Made by a program: the position numbers and the translations under genes
Assembly: GCF_046105845.1 (NCBI RefSeq)
Contig: NZ_CP151004.1
Source: Escherichia coli
GTDB lineage: Bacteria > Pseudomonadota > Gammaproteobacteria > Enterobacterales > Enterobacteriaceae
DNA length: 64,000 bases
Reading direction: 5' to 3' (one strand)
In this document: positions 21,958-33,327 of the stretch, piece by piece
Layout: each line of letters begins with the position of its first letter
How positions within the stretch are numbered: the stretch's first letter is position 1
Notes under the pieces: generated by a model
Seen by the model: the letters and a program-made list of their open reading frames with translations, nothing else
What the model was told of the DNA's origin: nothing
Databases searched by the model: none

Positions 21958-22049
21958 GCGCTATCTGATGGAAAAATAAAACAGAGGCGCTAAGCTTGCC
22001 TCCAGAGGTCCTGAATTTTAGGCAAGTCAATTAACACGGAGAGACTAAC

Positions 22050-22790
22050 GTGAAGTTCAAAGTTATCGCCCTGGCGGCATTAATGGGTATTAGCGGGATG
22101 GCAGCGCAGGCTAACGAATTGCCGGATGGACCGCATATTGTCACCTCCGGTACGGCAAGCGTGGATGCGGTGCCAGACATTGCCACTCTTGCGATTGAAG
22201 TTAACGTGGCCGCGAAGGATGCCGCTACTGCCAAGAAACAGGCGGATGAGCGCGTCGCACAATACATTTCCTTCCTTGAACTCAATCAGATCGCGAAAAA
22301 AGATATCAGCTCAGCGAACTTACGCACCCAGCCAGATTATGATTATCAGGATGGTAAAAGTATCCTGAAAGGCTACCGCGCTGTGAGAACGGTGGAAGTC
22401 ACGCTCCGTCAGTTAGACAAACTGAATTCCTTGCTGGATGGCGCGCTGAAGGCGGGTCTTAACGAAATTCGTTCTGTGTCGCTGGGCGTGGCGCAGCCGG
22501 ATGCCTATAAAGACAAAGCGCGTAAGGCAGCGATTGATAACGCGATTCATCAGGCGCAGGAACTGGCGAACGGCTTTCATCGTAAACTAGGGCCGGTATA
22601 TAGCGTGCGCTACCATGTTTCCAACTATCAGCCCAGCCCAATGGTGCGGATGATGAAAGCCGATGCCGCGCCGGTGTCCGCCCAGGAAACTTACGAGCAG
22701 GCCGCTATTCAGTTTGATGATCAGGTCGATGTGGTCTTCCAGTTAGAACCTGTGGATCAACAACCCGCTAAAACACCTGCCGCACAATAA
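22050..22790 (+). CDS. yggE: Periplasmic DUF541/SIMPL-family oxidative-stress protein
   Basis: 246-aa ORF with signal peptide MKFKVIALAALMGISGMAAQA; GTG start. Confidence 0.93.
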   Translation: MKFKVIALAALMGISGMAAQANELPDGPHIVTSGTASVDAVPDIATLAIEVNVAAKDAATAKKQADERVAQYISFLELNQIAKKDISSANLRTQPDYDYQDGKSILKGYRAVRTVEVTLRQLDKLNSLLDGALKAGLNEIRSVSLGVAQPDAYKDKARKAAIDNAIHQAQELANGFHRKLGPVYSVRYHVSNYQPSPMVRMMKADAAPVSAQETYEQAAIQFDDQVDVVFQLEPVDQQPAKTPAAQ

Positions 22791-22956
22791 TACTTGTAGC
22801 CCGACGTATTGGTCGGGCTAATGCCTTTACCCGATATTGCCTCCTTTTTCTGTAATTTTCTGTAAAACCATGACGTAATCACCTATCTTTGCTCGCGGTT
22901 TCATCAAGGATAGGCTGACTGAAACGGTTAAGCGGACAAGGATGCGGGGAGCGGGG

Positions 22957-23853
22957 ATGGACATTTTTATTTCGAAAAAGATGCGCAATTTCATTTTATT
23001 AGCGCAAACCAATAATATTGCCCGGGCGGCAGAAAAAATCCATATGACGGCTTCGCCATTTGGCAAAAGCATTGCCGCGCTGGAAGAACAAATTGGCTAT
23101 ACGCTATTTACCCGCAAAGATAATAATATCAGCCTCAATAAAGCCGGACAGGAACTGTATCAAAAACTGTTCCCGGTTTATCAACGACTTTCTGCGATTG
23201 ATAATGAAATCCATAACTCAGGGCGTCGTTCACGAGAAATTGTGATTGGCATAGATAATACTTATCCGACAATTATTTTCGATCAGTTGATTAGTCTCGG
23301 AGATAAGTATGAAGGCGTGACCGCCCAGCCAGTTGAGTTCAGCGAAAACGGCGTTATCGATAATCTTTTTGACCGTCAGTTAGATTTTATTATCTCCCCA
23401 CAGCATGTATCTGCACGAGTTCAGGAACTGGAAAACCTGACTATCAGTGAACTACCACCGCTGCGATTGGGCTTTCTCGTTTCTCGCCGTTATGAAGAGC
23501 GACAAGAGCAAGAGCTGCTTCAGGAGCTACCCTGGCTACAAATGCGCTTTCAGAACCGGGCCAACTTCGAAGCAATGATTGATGCGAATATGCGACCTTG
23601 TGGGATCAATCCAACCATTATTTATCGTCCCTACAGTTTTATGGCCAAAATCAGCGCCGTGGAGCGCGGACATTTTCTGACGGTGATCCCGCATTTTGCC
23701 TGGCGACTGGTGAATCCGGCAACGCTGAAATATTTTGATGCGCCGCACAGGCCGATGTATATGCAGGAATATCTTTATTCAATCAGAAATCATCGTTATA
23801 CCGCCACGATGCTTCAGCATATTGCTGAAGATCGTGACGGGACGAGTCATTAA
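22957..23853 (+). CDS. ygfI: LysR-family transcriptional regulator
   Basis: ORF 22942..23853; N-terminal HTH (NIARAAEKIHMTASPFGKSIAALEEQIG); start at 22957 or 22942. Confidence 0.88.
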   Translation: MDIFISKKMRNFILLAQTNNIARAAEKIHMTASPFGKSIAALEEQIGYTLFTRKDNNISLNKAGQELYQKLFPVYQRLSAIDNEIHNSGRRSREIVIGIDNTYPTIIFDQLISLGDKYEGVTAQPVEFSENGVIDNLFDRQLDFIISPQHVSARVQELENLTISELPPLRLGFLVSRRYEERQEQELLQELPWLQMRFQNRANFEAMIDANMRPCGINPTIIYRPYSFMAKISAVERGHFLTVIPHFAWRLVNPATLKYFDAPHRPMYMQEYLYSIRNHRYTATMLQHIAEDRDGTSH

Positions 23854-25328
23854 CCCAGCATCGAGCCGGTTGCAATTAAATTACGGTGTAAATCGAAGAC
23901 GTGGCTAAGATCGTGGTGAATATGTCCGCCGGGCGCATTTTCCAGATAGCGATGCAGATAATCCCGATACATAGGATGTGCACAATTATCAATGATAGTG
24001 CGGGCGCGTTGAAGCGGGGAAAGACCACGCAGATCGGCGATGCCTTGTTCGGTGATGATCACTTTGACGCTGTGTTCGCTGTGATCAACATGGCTGCACA
24101 TTGGCACGACGGTTGAGATCTTGCCTTCTTTAGCAATCGACGGGGCCATAAAGATCGACAGATACGCGTTGCGTTCAAAATCACCGCTGCCACCGATGCC
24201 GTTCATCAGATCGACCCCGGCTACGTGCGTTGAGTTGGCATGCCCGTAAATATCAAACTCCAGGCCGACGTTCAGAGCGATGACGCCCAGACGACGGATG
24301 ATTTCCGGGTTATTGGAAATCTCCTGCGGACGCAACACAATGCGGCTGGCAAAGTAATCCATATTGTCGTAAATCTTGCGCAGGGAATCGGCCGAGATAG
24401 TCAGGCTGGAGGCGCTGGCCCCGCTGATTTTGCCCGTTTCCAGTAAATGCACCACCGATTCCTGTAGCACTTCCGAATACATCATGAACGGAGGAATTTC
24501 CGGGTTTTCCCCTAGTCGCGCCATGACTGCATTATTGATATTGCCCACGCCACTTTGCAGCGGCAGAAATTCCGGCGGAATACGCCCATGCGCCATTTCC
24601 TGCAACAAGAACGTGACCACGTTATCGGCAATCTGCTGGCACATGGGATTTTGCTTATCCAGCATATTACCGGCGTCGGGCAAGTTGGTTTCCACGACGG
24701 CGACAATCTTTTTCGGATCGATTTGCACATAGCGGGTACCGACGCGATCCATTGCATGGAAGATCGACACGCTATTGCGCCGCGGTGGCGCGCCAGGAAT
24801 CACAATATCTGCCAGTTCTGCAACGCGCGGATCGTGATAGTGATTGAGTTCAATGATCACTTTCTTCGCCCGCAGCAGCCAGGTCGGCGCATTACCGATC
24901 CCGCTGGTTAACCAGACTCGACCATCCGGTGCCAGTGCCGATGCTTCAATGACGGCAACATCAATTTCGCCGAAGAAACCGTAATTGACCATTTGCGCCA
25001 CTTCGCTCAAATGCAGGTCAACGAAACTCACCGCGCCCTGATTGATCTTTTTACGTAAACCGGACGATGTTTGATATGGCGCACGCCAGGAAACAGCATC
25101 GGCGTCAGAAAGTACATCGTCAGCGGCGGCGCTGATTGACGCCCCCGTCAGCAGGCGGATTTGATACGGCTTTTGGGCCTCATGCTGTTCGTTAGCTCTG
25201 CGGGCAATGGCGGTGGGAAGGGCTTTCGGCGAACCCGCCGGGGTAAAGCCGCTAAATGCCACCATGTCGTTATGCTGGATAATTTCTGCCGCTTCATCGG
25301 CGGTCATCCTTGTCCACTGAGTTTCCAT
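23850..25328 (-). CDS. scpC: Propionyl-CoA:succinate CoA transferase
   Basis: 492-aa ORF recognised as ScpC/YgfH; 3' end overlaps the ygfI stop by 4 nt (convergent). Confidence 0.94.
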   Translation of the reverse strand: METQWTRMTADEAAEIIQHNDMVAFSGFTPAGSPKALPTAIARRANEQHEAQKPYQIRLLTGASISAAADDVLSDADAVSWRAPYQTSSGLRKKINQGAVSFVDLHLSEVAQMVNYGFFGEIDVAVIEASALAPDGRVWLTSGIGNAPTWLLRAKKVIIELNHYHDPRVAELADIVIPGAPPRRNSVSIFHAMDRVGTRYVQIDPKKIVAVVETNLPDAGNMLDKQNPMCQQIADNVVTFLLQEMAHGRIPPEFLPLQSGVGNINNAVMARLGENPEIPPFMMYSEVLQESVVHLLETGKISGASASSLTISADSLRKIYDNMDYFASRIVLRPQEISNNPEIIRRLGVIALNVGLEFDIYGHANSTHVAGVDLMNGIGGSGDFERNAYLSIFMAPSIAKEGKISTVVPMCSHVDHSEHSVKVIITEQGIADLRGLSPLQRARTIIDNCAHPMYRDYLHRYLENAPGGHIHHDLSHVFDLHRNLIATGSMLG

Positions 25329-25351
25329 TTTTACTCCTTCGTTCGTAGGGA

Positions 25352-26137
25352 TTAATGACCAACGAAATTAGGTTTACGTTTTTCGAGGAAAGCGTTCATC
25401 CCTTCCTGGTAATCTTCGCTGTCATAAACCGCGCGGCGCATCCCCTGAATACGTTCAAATTCATCGGAGTTCATGGTGTGCGCTTCGCCCAGTACACGCA
25501 GCTCTTCTTTGATAACGGCAATGGCTAACGGCGCTTTCTCAGAGATGTGGTGCGCCATTTGTAAGGTGAAATCTTCCAGTTCTTCCACTTCCACAACATG
25601 GTTGAGGATGCCGACAGCCAGCGCGCGCTGGGCTGTGATTGGCGAAGCGGTAAAAATCAGCTCTTTGACAATGTGGAAGCCCGCGTCGCGGGTCAGGTTG
25701 TGAATGCCGACCAGGTTATACGGGACACCGAGGTTTACAGGTGTCATTGAGAAGGTTGAGGTACTGGCGGCGATAATCAGATCGGAACTCATGATCATTT
25801 CAAATGCGCCACCCCAAACACTACCTTCCACCATCGAAATGATCGGTTTCGGGAATTTTTGGATCATGCGGGTGATTTGACGCAATGGATCATCATAGGA
25901 GAGCGGATCGCGACCGCCAGACGGCAGTTCGTGAATATCGTGACCTGCGGAGAAGACTTTGGAACCACTCGGCGCGCGCAAAATGATACAGCGAATTTCC
26001 GGCCGGTTGAGATCGCTTAATGCCTGCATAAGATCATCAATAAAGACTTTACTTAAGGCATTAAGTTTGCGGCCATAGTTAAACTCAATGACCGCCACTT
26101 TGTTGATAGTGACAACGTTCACATACTGATAAGACAT
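25352..26137 (-). CDS. scpB: Methylmalonyl-CoA decarboxylase (crotonase fold)
   Basis: ORF 25352..26179 trimmed to MSYQYVNVVTINKVAVIEFNYGRKLNAL at 26137; 261 aa. Confidence 0.93.
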   Translation of the reverse strand: MSYQYVNVVTINKVAVIEFNYGRKLNALSKVFIDDLMQALSDLNRPEIRCIILRAPSGSKVFSAGHDIHELPSGGRDPLSYDDPLRQITRMIQKFPKPIISMVEGSVWGGAFEMIMSSDLIIAASTSTFSMTPVNLGVPYNLVGIHNLTRDAGFHIVKELIFTASPITAQRALAVGILNHVVEVEELEDFTLQMAHHISEKAPLAIAVIKEELRVLGEAHTMNSDEFERIQGMRRAVYDSEDYQEGMNAFLEKRKPNFVGH

Positions 26138-26147
26138 AAAAATTCCT

Positions 26148-27143
26148 TTAATCAAAATATTGCGTCTGGATAAATTCACTGAGCTGCCGCAGGCCGGTGC
26201 GCGGTGAGAGCGTATTGTTTTTGACCGCTAAAAGCGTCTGGCGGTAATAGCGATCGAAATCTTCATTCGCGAACAGGTGATTCAGTACTTCTTCTTCGGT
26301 TTGTTTACGCAGCCATTCCACCGATTGTTGTTGCCGCACTTGTTGCAAACGACCACTGGCAGTTAGCGCGGTTTTGAAGTCGATGATGGCGTGCCAGATC
26401 TCATCGATTCCACGTTTTTCCAGTGCGCTACAAGTCAGAACTCGTGGCTGCCATTCGTCGTATTTATGTCGCAGAATATGCAGGGCACTCTCGTACATAT
26501 GCCGGGCAATGGCGACATTGGTATGGTTATCGCCATCGTCTTTGTTGATAACGATCAGATCTGCCACTTCCATCAGCCCCTTTTTAATGCCCTGCAGATC
26601 ATCGCCACCACCGGCAATTTGCAACGAGATAAAACAGTCAACCATGCGGGCGACTTCCGTTTCCGACTGCCCGACGCCAACCGTTTCGACAATCACTACG
26701 TCATAACCCGCCGCTTCGCATAACAGCATTAATTCCCGCGCTCGCTGACTGGCACCGCCCAGATGGCCGGAGGATGGTACCGGGCGAATAAACGCCGCCT
26801 CGGCACGCGCCAGGTCATTCATGCGGGTTTTATCCCCGAGAATGCTACCGCCAGTGACCGGGCTACTGGGATCGACCGCAACAACCGCAACCTTTAGTCC
26901 CTCACGAATCAACAACATGCCAAAGGCTTCAAGAAAGGTACTTTTCCCCGCGCCGGGTGTGCCGGTAACGCCCAGTCGCAGGGCGTTACCACAGAACGGC
27001 ATAATGGCATCAAGCAGCTGCGTACTTAGCGCCTGATGACGCGGGTGACGGCTTTCTACCAGTGTCATGGCCTGGGCGAGCGTGGCACGCTCACCCTGAC
27101 GTAAGCGGCGAATACTTTCTGCCAGCGTGGCTTCATTAATCAT
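26148..27143 (-). CDS. argK: MeaB/ArgK-type GTPase (methylmalonyl-CoA mutase accessory protein)
   Basis: 331-aa ORF with P-loop [12 protein letters not shown]. Confidence 0.94.
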   Translation of the reverse strand: MINEATLAESIRRLRQGERATLAQAMTLVESRHPRHQALSTQLLDAIMPFCGNALRLGVTGTPGAGKSTFLEAFGMLLIREGLKVAVVAVDPSSPVTGGSILGDKTRMNDLARAEAAFIRPVPSSGHLGGASQRARELMLLCEAAGYDVVIVETVGVGQSETEVARMVDCFISLQIAGGGDDLQGIKKGLMEVADLIVINKDDGDNHTNVAIARHMYESALHILRHKYDEWQPRVLTCSALEKRGIDEIWHAIIDFKTALTASGRLQQVRQQQSVEWLRKQTEEEVLNHLFANEDFDRYYRQTLLAVKNNTLSPRTGLRQLSEFIQTQYFD

Positions 27144-29280
27144 GATGCTGGCTTATCAGATTCAGTACGTCGCGCACGCTGTCGAGCATAGGCGTACCAG
27201 GACCATAAATCGCCGCCACGCCGCGCTCCTGCAGGAAGGCGTAATCCTGTGGCGGGATGACGCCACCCGCGACCACGCAGATATCTTCGCGTCCCCATTT
27301 TTTCAGCGCTTCGACCAGTTCCGGGATCAGCGTTTTATGACCGGCAGCCAGTGAAGATGCGCCCACTACGTGAACGTCGTTTTCTACTGCCAGGCGGGCG
27401 ATCTCTTCAGGTGTAGAGAACATCGGGCTTAAATCTACGTCGAAACCGAGATCGGAATAGGCGCTGGCGATCACTTTCGCGCCGCGATCGTGCCCATCCT
27501 GGCCCATTTTGGCGATCAGAATGCGCGGGCGACGACCATTGTCGGCAAGGAACTGCTCCGTTTGCGCAACAATGGCATCGAACTCGGAAGCCGATTTCTC
27601 AGACTGATGATAGCTTTGCGCAATCACGCCGGTAACACACTGGCTTGGCACCAGATAACGGTCAAATGCCGCTTCCAGCGCATCGGAAATTTCACCAAGC
27701 GTTGCGCGAACGCGAGCGGCATTAACAGCGGCAGCCAGCAGGTTTTCGTTATGCTGTGCGGCGTGAGTCAGGGCGTTCAACGTGGCGGTTACGGCGGCAT
27801 CATCACGGGTGGCGCGAATGCGTTCCAGTGAAGCAATCTGCTCGTTACGCACCATCACGTTGTCGATCTCAAGTACATCGGTTTCGTCTTCGTGATCCAG
27901 TTTGTACTTGTTGACACCAACGATGACACGCTTGCCCTGGTCGATCAGCGACTGTTCGCGCGCTGAGGCCTCTTCGATCATTCGTTTTGGCAGACCTGCT
28001 TCGATCGCTTTCGCCATACCACCGGCTTCGTCGATCTGTTGGATAATAGCTCTGGCTTGTTTGACGATTTGATCGGTCAGCGACTCAACGTAATAGGATC
28101 CGGCCAGTGGATCGACGGTGCGGCAGAGTTCTGATTCTTCCTGAATGATGATCTGGGTATTGCGGGCAATGCGTGCTGAGAAATCGGTAGGCAAACCAAG
28201 CGCTTCATCAAAGGCGTTGGTATGCAGTGACTGAGTACCGCCCAGCGTTGCAGCCAGTGCTTCAATGGTGGTGCGGATAACGTTGTTATACGGATCCTGT
28301 TCAGTCAGGCTCCAGCCTGAGGTCTGGCAGTGGGTACGCAGCGCCAGTGATTTCGGATCCTGTGCGCCAAATCCACTGACCGCTTCGCTCCATAAATAAC
28401 GTGCCGCACGCAACATGGCGACGTTCATAAACAGATCCATGCCAATGCCGAAGAAGAACGACAGGCGAGGAGCGAAGTCATCAATTTTCAGCCCGGCGGA
28501 GATTGCTGCTTTGATGTACTCAATCCCATCAGCGAGCGTAAATGCTACCTGCTGCACGCAGTTGGCACCCGCTTCACCCATATGGTAACCGCTGATACTG
28601 ATGGTATTAAATCGCGGCATGTTGCCGGAACACCAGGCGATGATGTCTGCGATAATACGCATTGACGGTTTTGGCGGGTAAATATAGGTGTTGCGGCAAA
28701 GATACTCTTTGAGGATATCGTTTTGAATGGTGCCGGTCAGTTTATCGGGTGTAACACCTTGCTCTTCTGCGGCGACAATATAAAACGCCAGTACTGGTAG
28801 TACTGCGCCATTCATGGTCATCGAAACCGACATTTTATCCAGCGGGATCTGGTCGAACAGGACTTTCATATCTTCCACGGTGTCGATAGCAACGCCCGCT
28901 TTGCCGACGTCGCCCGCCACGCGCGGGTTATCGGAGTCGTAGCCTCGGTGGGTGGCAAGGTCAAACGCAACGGAAAGACCTTTTTGCCCGGCGGCCAGGT
29001 TACGGCGATAAAAAGCGTTGGACTCTTTTGCTGTTGAAAAACCAGCATACTGACGGATGGTCCACGGTTGGGCGGTATACATAGTGGCACGCGGGCCACG
29101 AACGTAGGGAGGCAAACCAGGAAGGGTACCTGTCACCTCCAGATTATCGAGATCGGCTTCGGTATACAGCGGCTTGATGGCGATCCCTTCCGCGGTTTGC
29201 TGAACCAGCGAGTCGACAGTTTTCTCCCGACGGCTCAATTCCTTGTTGGCAAGCTGTTGCCACTCCTGCACCTTAGACAT
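27136..29280 (-). CDS. scpA: Methylmalonyl-CoA mutase (sleeping beauty mutase), B12-dependent
   Basis: ORF 27136..29301 trimmed to [15 protein letters not shown] at 29280; 714 aa; C-terminal B12-binding domain (DGHDRGAKV). Confidence 0.95.
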   Translation of the reverse strand: MSKVQEWQQLANKELSRREKTVDSLVQQTAEGIAIKPLYTEADLDNLEVTGTLPGLPPYVRGPRATMYTAQPWTIRQYAGFSTAKESNAFYRRNLAAGQKGLSVAFDLATHRGYDSDNPRVAGDVGKAGVAIDTVEDMKVLFDQIPLDKMSVSMTMNGAVLPVLAFYIVAAEEQGVTPDKLTGTIQNDILKEYLCRNTYIYPPKPSMRIIADIIAWCSGNMPRFNTISISGYHMGEAGANCVQQVAFTLADGIEYIKAAISAGLKIDDFAPRLSFFFGIGMDLFMNVAMLRAARYLWSEAVSGFGAQDPKSLALRTHCQTSGWSLTEQDPYNNVIRTTIEALAATLGGTQSLHTNAFDEALGLPTDFSARIARNTQIIIQEESELCRTVDPLAGSYYVESLTDQIVKQARAIIQQIDEAGGMAKAIEAGLPKRMIEEASAREQSLIDQGKRVIVGVNKYKLDHEDETDVLEIDNVMVRNEQIASLERIRATRDDAAVTATLNALTHAAQHNENLLAAAVNAARVRATLGEISDALEAAFDRYLVPSQCVTGVIAQSYHQSEKSASEFDAIVAQTEQFLADNGRRPRILIAKMGQDGHDRGAKVIASAYSDLGFDVDLSPMFSTPEEIARLAVENDVHVVGASSLAAGHKTLIPELVEALKKWGREDICVVAGGVIPPQDYAFLQERGVAAIYGPGTPMLDSVRDVLNLISQHHD

Positions 29281-29483
29281 TATTTGCTCCGTAAAACGCA
29301 ATCAAAATGAGGGTATTTGCGCCTACGGTGAGCTTTTTACGTGGGTTTGTCGCCAGCAAAAAAAATGCATTCAGACGTCGTTTTTTGCCGCCTGAGATTT
29401 GTCTATTTTGTGATGTGATTCAAGGAATACAAAAAGAAGTGAGGATAACGCCTGATATGTGCTATCAGGCATTATTTGATGGA

Positions 29484-30377
29484 TTAATCCTGACGAAGGA
29501 CTTTGTGACCATAATCGAGCAACGCATCAGTGACTTTACGCATCATGCGGCTTTCAGGAGCAAAGCGGTGCCAGTAGAGCATCCGGCGTTGAAATAGCCC
29601 TGGCGTTAAGTCAATCAGTTCACCGCTGGCCAGTTCTTTCTCGATTTGCAGGTGCGGGATCATACAGCAGGTGGTGCCCTGGCGAGCAAGTTGCACGAAC
29701 GCTTCTGAAGAATTAACGATATGGCACGGTACGCTGCCTGGGGGCAGATCGAAGTTTTGCTGCAAAAAGGCCTGGTGCATATCGTCAAGATGGTCAAAGG
29801 CGACCACAGGTGCTTTCAATAATGCCGAACGCGTTACGCCGTTAGGGAAATATTTTTCGGCAAACGGTTTTGAGCTGACGAACAGATAGTCAAGCGCACC
29901 GAGCTTATCGACAAGACAACTCGGCAGCGCCTGATGTTGAATACTCACCGCGCCGACCACTTCGCCGCGGCGCAGACGTTCCTGAGTGCGGGTTTCATCT
30001 TCTACCTGCAAGTTGAGGCGGATAGGCGAATCAGCCAACACAGGAGCCAGCGCCGGAAGCAACCACGTCGCCAGACTGTCAGCGTTGACCGCCAGTGAAA
30101 GCAGCAGCGGAGTTGAACCGGTTTGTTCATCGCCCAGCCACTCTTCTTCCAGTAACTCCACCTGGCGCAGCAGTGCCAGCAGTTTTTGCCCTTGTTCTGT
30201 CGGGCGCGGTGGTACGGTACGCACCAACAGTGGCTGCCCGAACATATTTTCCAGTTGCTTAATGCGCTGTGAGACGGCTGATTGTGTAATGCACAGCTTT
30301 TGTGCCGCGCGCTCAAATCCTCGTTCACGTATCACCGCATCCAGTGCCTGTAATGTTCTGTAGTCCGGGCGTTTCAT
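29484..30377 (-). CDS. argP: LysR-family regulator ArgP (IciA)
   Basis: ORF 29484..30443 trimmed to [43 protein letters not shown] at 30377; 297 aa. Confidence 0.95.
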
Positions 30378-30416
30378 TGCTGTTGTCTGCTCCTGGTAAA
30401 TGCTTTTTCCTGCACT

Positions 30417-30749
30417 ATGACACAATTTTGTGTCAGGTTGCATATACCGAAGCCGTCGGCGGGTAACATTTGTATTCGTGGTAAAACGCGCAGCTTAAAA
30501 GATCAGGGATTTGCGCTAATGCATTTCGCTCAGCGAGTTCGCGCCCTGGTTGTGTTGAATGGCGTGGCGCTATTGCCTCAATTTGCCTGTAAACAGGGGC
30601 TTGCGAACGGTGAACTGGTGCGCCTGTTTGCACCGTGGAGCGGCATACCCAGATTGTTGTATGCCTTATTTGCGGGGCGAAAGGGGATGCCTGCCATTGC
30701 GCGATATTTTATGGATGAGTTAACCACGCGGCTTGCCAACGGGGTCTGA
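30417..30749 (+). pseudogene. yqfE: Remnant of a LysR-family regulator (C-terminal substrate-binding fragment; yqfE-like)
   Basis: Translation ...VVLNGVALLPQFACKQGLANGELVRLFAPWSGIPRLLYALFAGRKGMPAIARYFMDEL... resembles only the C-terminal end of LysR effector domains; no HTH, no credible start. Confidence 0.6.
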
Positions 30750-30804
30750 ATCGCTTTTTTTGTATATAATGCGTGTGAAATTTCATACCACAGGCGAAAC
30801 GATC

Positions 30805-31464
30805 ATGACGCAGGATGAATTGAAAAAAGCAGTAGGATGGGCGGCACTTCAGTATGTTCAGCCCGGCACCATTGTTGGTGTAGGTACAGGTTCCACCGCC
30901 GCACACTTTATTGACGCGCTCGGCACGATGAAAGGCCAGATTGAAGGGGCCGTTTCCAGTTCAGATGCTTCCACTGAAAAACTGAAAAGCCTCGGCATTC
31001 ACGTTTTTGATCTCAACGAAGTCGACAGCCTTGGCATCTACGTTGATGGCGCAGATGAAATCAACGGCCACATGCAAATGATCAAAGGCGGCGGCGCGGC
31101 GCTGACCCGTGAAAAAATCATTGCTTCGGTTGCGGAAAAATTTATCTGTATTGCCGACGCCTCCAAGCAGGTTGATATTCTGGGCAAATTCCCGCTGCCA
31201 GTAGAAGTTATCCCGATGGCACGTAGTGCAGTGGCGCGCCAGCTGGTGAAACTGGGCGGTCGTCCGGAATACCGCCAGGGCGTGGTGACCGATAACGGCA
31301 ACGTGATCCTCGACGTCCACGGCATGGAAATCCTTGACCCGATAGCGATGGAAAACGCCATAAATGCGATTCCTGGCGTGGTGACTGTTGGCTTGTTTGC
31401 TAACCGTGGCGCGGACGTTGCGCTGATTGGCACACCTGACGGTGTCAAAACCATTGTGAAATGA
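30805..31464 (+). CDS. rpiA: Ribose-5-phosphate isomerase A
   Basis: ORF 30733..31464 trimmed to [31 protein letters not shown] at 30805; 219 aa. Confidence 0.96.
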
Positions 31465-31719
31465 TCTGACGGGGGAACCTCCCCCGTTAAAAAAATTCTC
31501 TTCATTAAATTTGGTGACATGTGTCACGTTTTTACCTGGCTATTGTCGATTGCTCTAAATAAACCCTCTAAACCAGCATATTCATCCAAGAAATACCTTT
31601 GCGTGATATTTCCTCAACATTGCGACGCAAACGTTCATATTGCCGCAATATTATTTTTTGATATGTTGAAAGGCGGATGCAAATCCGCACACAACATTTC
31701 AAAAGACAGGATTGGGTAA

Positions 31720-32952
31720 ATGGCAAAGGTATCGCTGGAGAAAGACAAGATTAAGTTTCTGCTGGTAGAAGGCGTGCACCAAAAGGCGCTTGAAAGCCTT
31801 CGTGCAGCGGGTTACACCAACATCGAATTTCACAAAGGCGCGCTGGATGATGAACAATTAAAAGAATCCATCCGCGATGCCCACTTCATCGGCCTGCGAT
31901 CCCGTACCCATCTGACTGAAGACGTGATCAACGCCGCAGAAAAACTGGTCGCTATTGGCTGTTTCTGTATCGGAACAAACCAGGTTGATCTGGATGCGGC
32001 GGCAAAACGCGGGATCCCGGTATTTAACGCACCGTTCTCAAATACGCGCTCTGTTGCGGAGCTGGTGATTGGCGAACTGCTGCTGCTATTGCGCGGCGTG
32101 CCGGAAGCCAATGCTAAAGCGCACCGTGGCGTGTGGAACAAACTGGCGGCGGGTTCTTTTGAAGCGCGCGGCAAAAAGCTGGGTATCATCGGCTACGGTC
32201 ATATTGGTACGCAATTGGGCATTCTGGCTGAATCGCTGGGAATGTATGTTTACTTTTATGATATTGAAAACAAACTGCCGCTGGGCAACGCCACTCAGGT
32301 ACAGCATCTTTCTGACCTGCTGAATATGAGCGATGTGGTGAGTCTGCATGTACCAGAGAATCCGTCCACCAAAAATATGATGGGTGCGAAAGAGATTTCA
32401 CTAATGAAGCCCGGCTCGCTGCTGATTAATGCTTCGCGCGGTACTGTGGTGGATATTCCGGCGCTGTGTGACGCGCTGGCGAGCAAACATCTGGCGGGGG
32501 CGGCAATCGACGTATTCCCGACGGAACCGGCAACCAATAGCGATCCATTTACCTCTCCGCTGTGTGAATTCGACAACGTCCTTCTGACGCCACACATTGG
32601 CGGTTCGACTCAGGAAGCGCAGGAGAATATCGGCCTGGAAGTTGCGGGTAAATTGATCAAGTATTCTGACAATGGCTCAACGCTCTCTGCGGTGAACTTC
32701 CCGGAAGTCTCGCTGCCACTGCACGGTGGGCGTCGTCTGATGCACATCCACGAAAACCGTCCGGGCGTGCTAACTGCGCTGAACAAAATCTTCGCCGAGC
32801 AGGGCGTCAACATCGCCGCGCAATATCTGCAAACTTCCGCCCAGATGGGTTATGTGGTTATTGATATTGAAGCCGACGAAGACGTTGCCGAAAAAGCGCT
32901 GCAGGCAATGAAAGCTATTCCGGGTACCATTCGCGCCCGCCTGCTGTACTAA
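31720..32952 (+). CDS. serA: D-3-phosphoglycerate dehydrogenase
   Basis: 410-aa ORF MAKVSLEKDKIKFLLVEGVHQKALESL... with NAD-binding GIIGYGHIG and C-terminal ACT domain. Confidence 0.97.
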   Translation: MAKVSLEKDKIKFLLVEGVHQKALESLRAAGYTNIEFHKGALDDEQLKESIRDAHFIGLRSRTHLTEDVINAAEKLVAIGCFCIGTNQVDLDAAAKRGIPVFNAPFSNTRSVAELVIGELLLLLRGVPEANAKAHRGVWNKLAAGSFEARGKKLGIIGYGHIGTQLGILAESLGMYVYFYDIENKLPLGNATQVQHLSDLLNMSDVVSLHVPENPSTKNMMGAKEISLMKPGSLLINASRGTVVDIPALCDALASKHLAGAAIDVFPTEPATNSDPFTSPLCEFDNVLLTPHIGGSTQEAQENIGLEVAGKLIKYSDNGSTLSAVNFPEVSLPLHGGRRLMHIHENRPGVLTALNKIFAEQGVNIAAQYLQTSAQMGYVVIDIEADEDVAEKALQAMKAIPGTIRARLLY

Positions 32953-32971
32953 TTCCCCTTCTCTGAAAATC

Positions 32972-33004
32972 AACGGGCAGGTCACTGACTTGCCCGTTTT
33001 TTTA
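32972..33004 (+). terminator. Intrinsic terminator of serA
   Basis: acgggcaggtcactgacttgcccg hairpin followed by ttttttt. Confidence 0.85.
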
Positions 33005-33149
33005 TCGCTTCTCCCGCGCATGTCGCTGCCATTTGTAGTGCGCTGCAATTGCCTTTGCGAGTCTGCTCGAAGAAATAAATCAAAGTCAGATCAATGCGTT
33101 GTGTTTATTTAATGGGGATTTACGATGGCAGGGCAGCATGGGGCTGTAA

Positions 33150-33291
33150 CGGTAAAGCCCTCACCGAAGCGAGGGCTTGAAGGAGAAGGGTTATGATGCG
33201 ACTTGTCATCATACTGATTGTACTGTTACTCATAAGTTTCCCAGCTTATTAACAGTCAGTCTCAGGGGAGGAGTCATCCTCCCTTACCCTT
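33150..33291 (-). ncRNA. sibC: SibC antisense sRNA (antitoxin to ibsC); boundaries approximate
   Basis: Opposite strand of ibsC; putative sigma70 promoter (TTGACA, 17-nt spacer, TAATTT) at 33299-33327 and a minus-strand GC hairpin (33165-33188) with T-rich tail at the other end. Confidence 0.6.
33193..33252 (+). CDS. ibsC: Type I toxin IbsC (19-aa hydrophobic peptide)
   Basis: SD aggagaaggg then ATGATG...; translation MMRLVIILIVLLLISFPAY, one residue different from the IbsC sequence I recall; not in ORF track because it is too short. Confidence 0.85.
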   Translation: MMRLVIILIVLLLISFPAY

Positions 33292-33298
33292 ACTCACT

Positions 33299-33327
33299 AA
33301 ATTAGGTTAAAGAATCAACGATGTCAA
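33299..33327 (-). promoter_or_regulatory. Putative sigma70 promoter of sibC
   Basis: Minus-strand TTGACA (33322-33327) with 17-nt spacer to TAATTT (33299-33304). Confidence 0.45.

Noticed and set aside
31468-31500. Hairpin gacggggga acct cccccgtt after rpiA as an intrinsic terminator
   Set aside because: The stem is followed by an A-run rather than a U-run on the rpiA strand, so it is not a canonical intrinsic terminator; it may still be a structural element.
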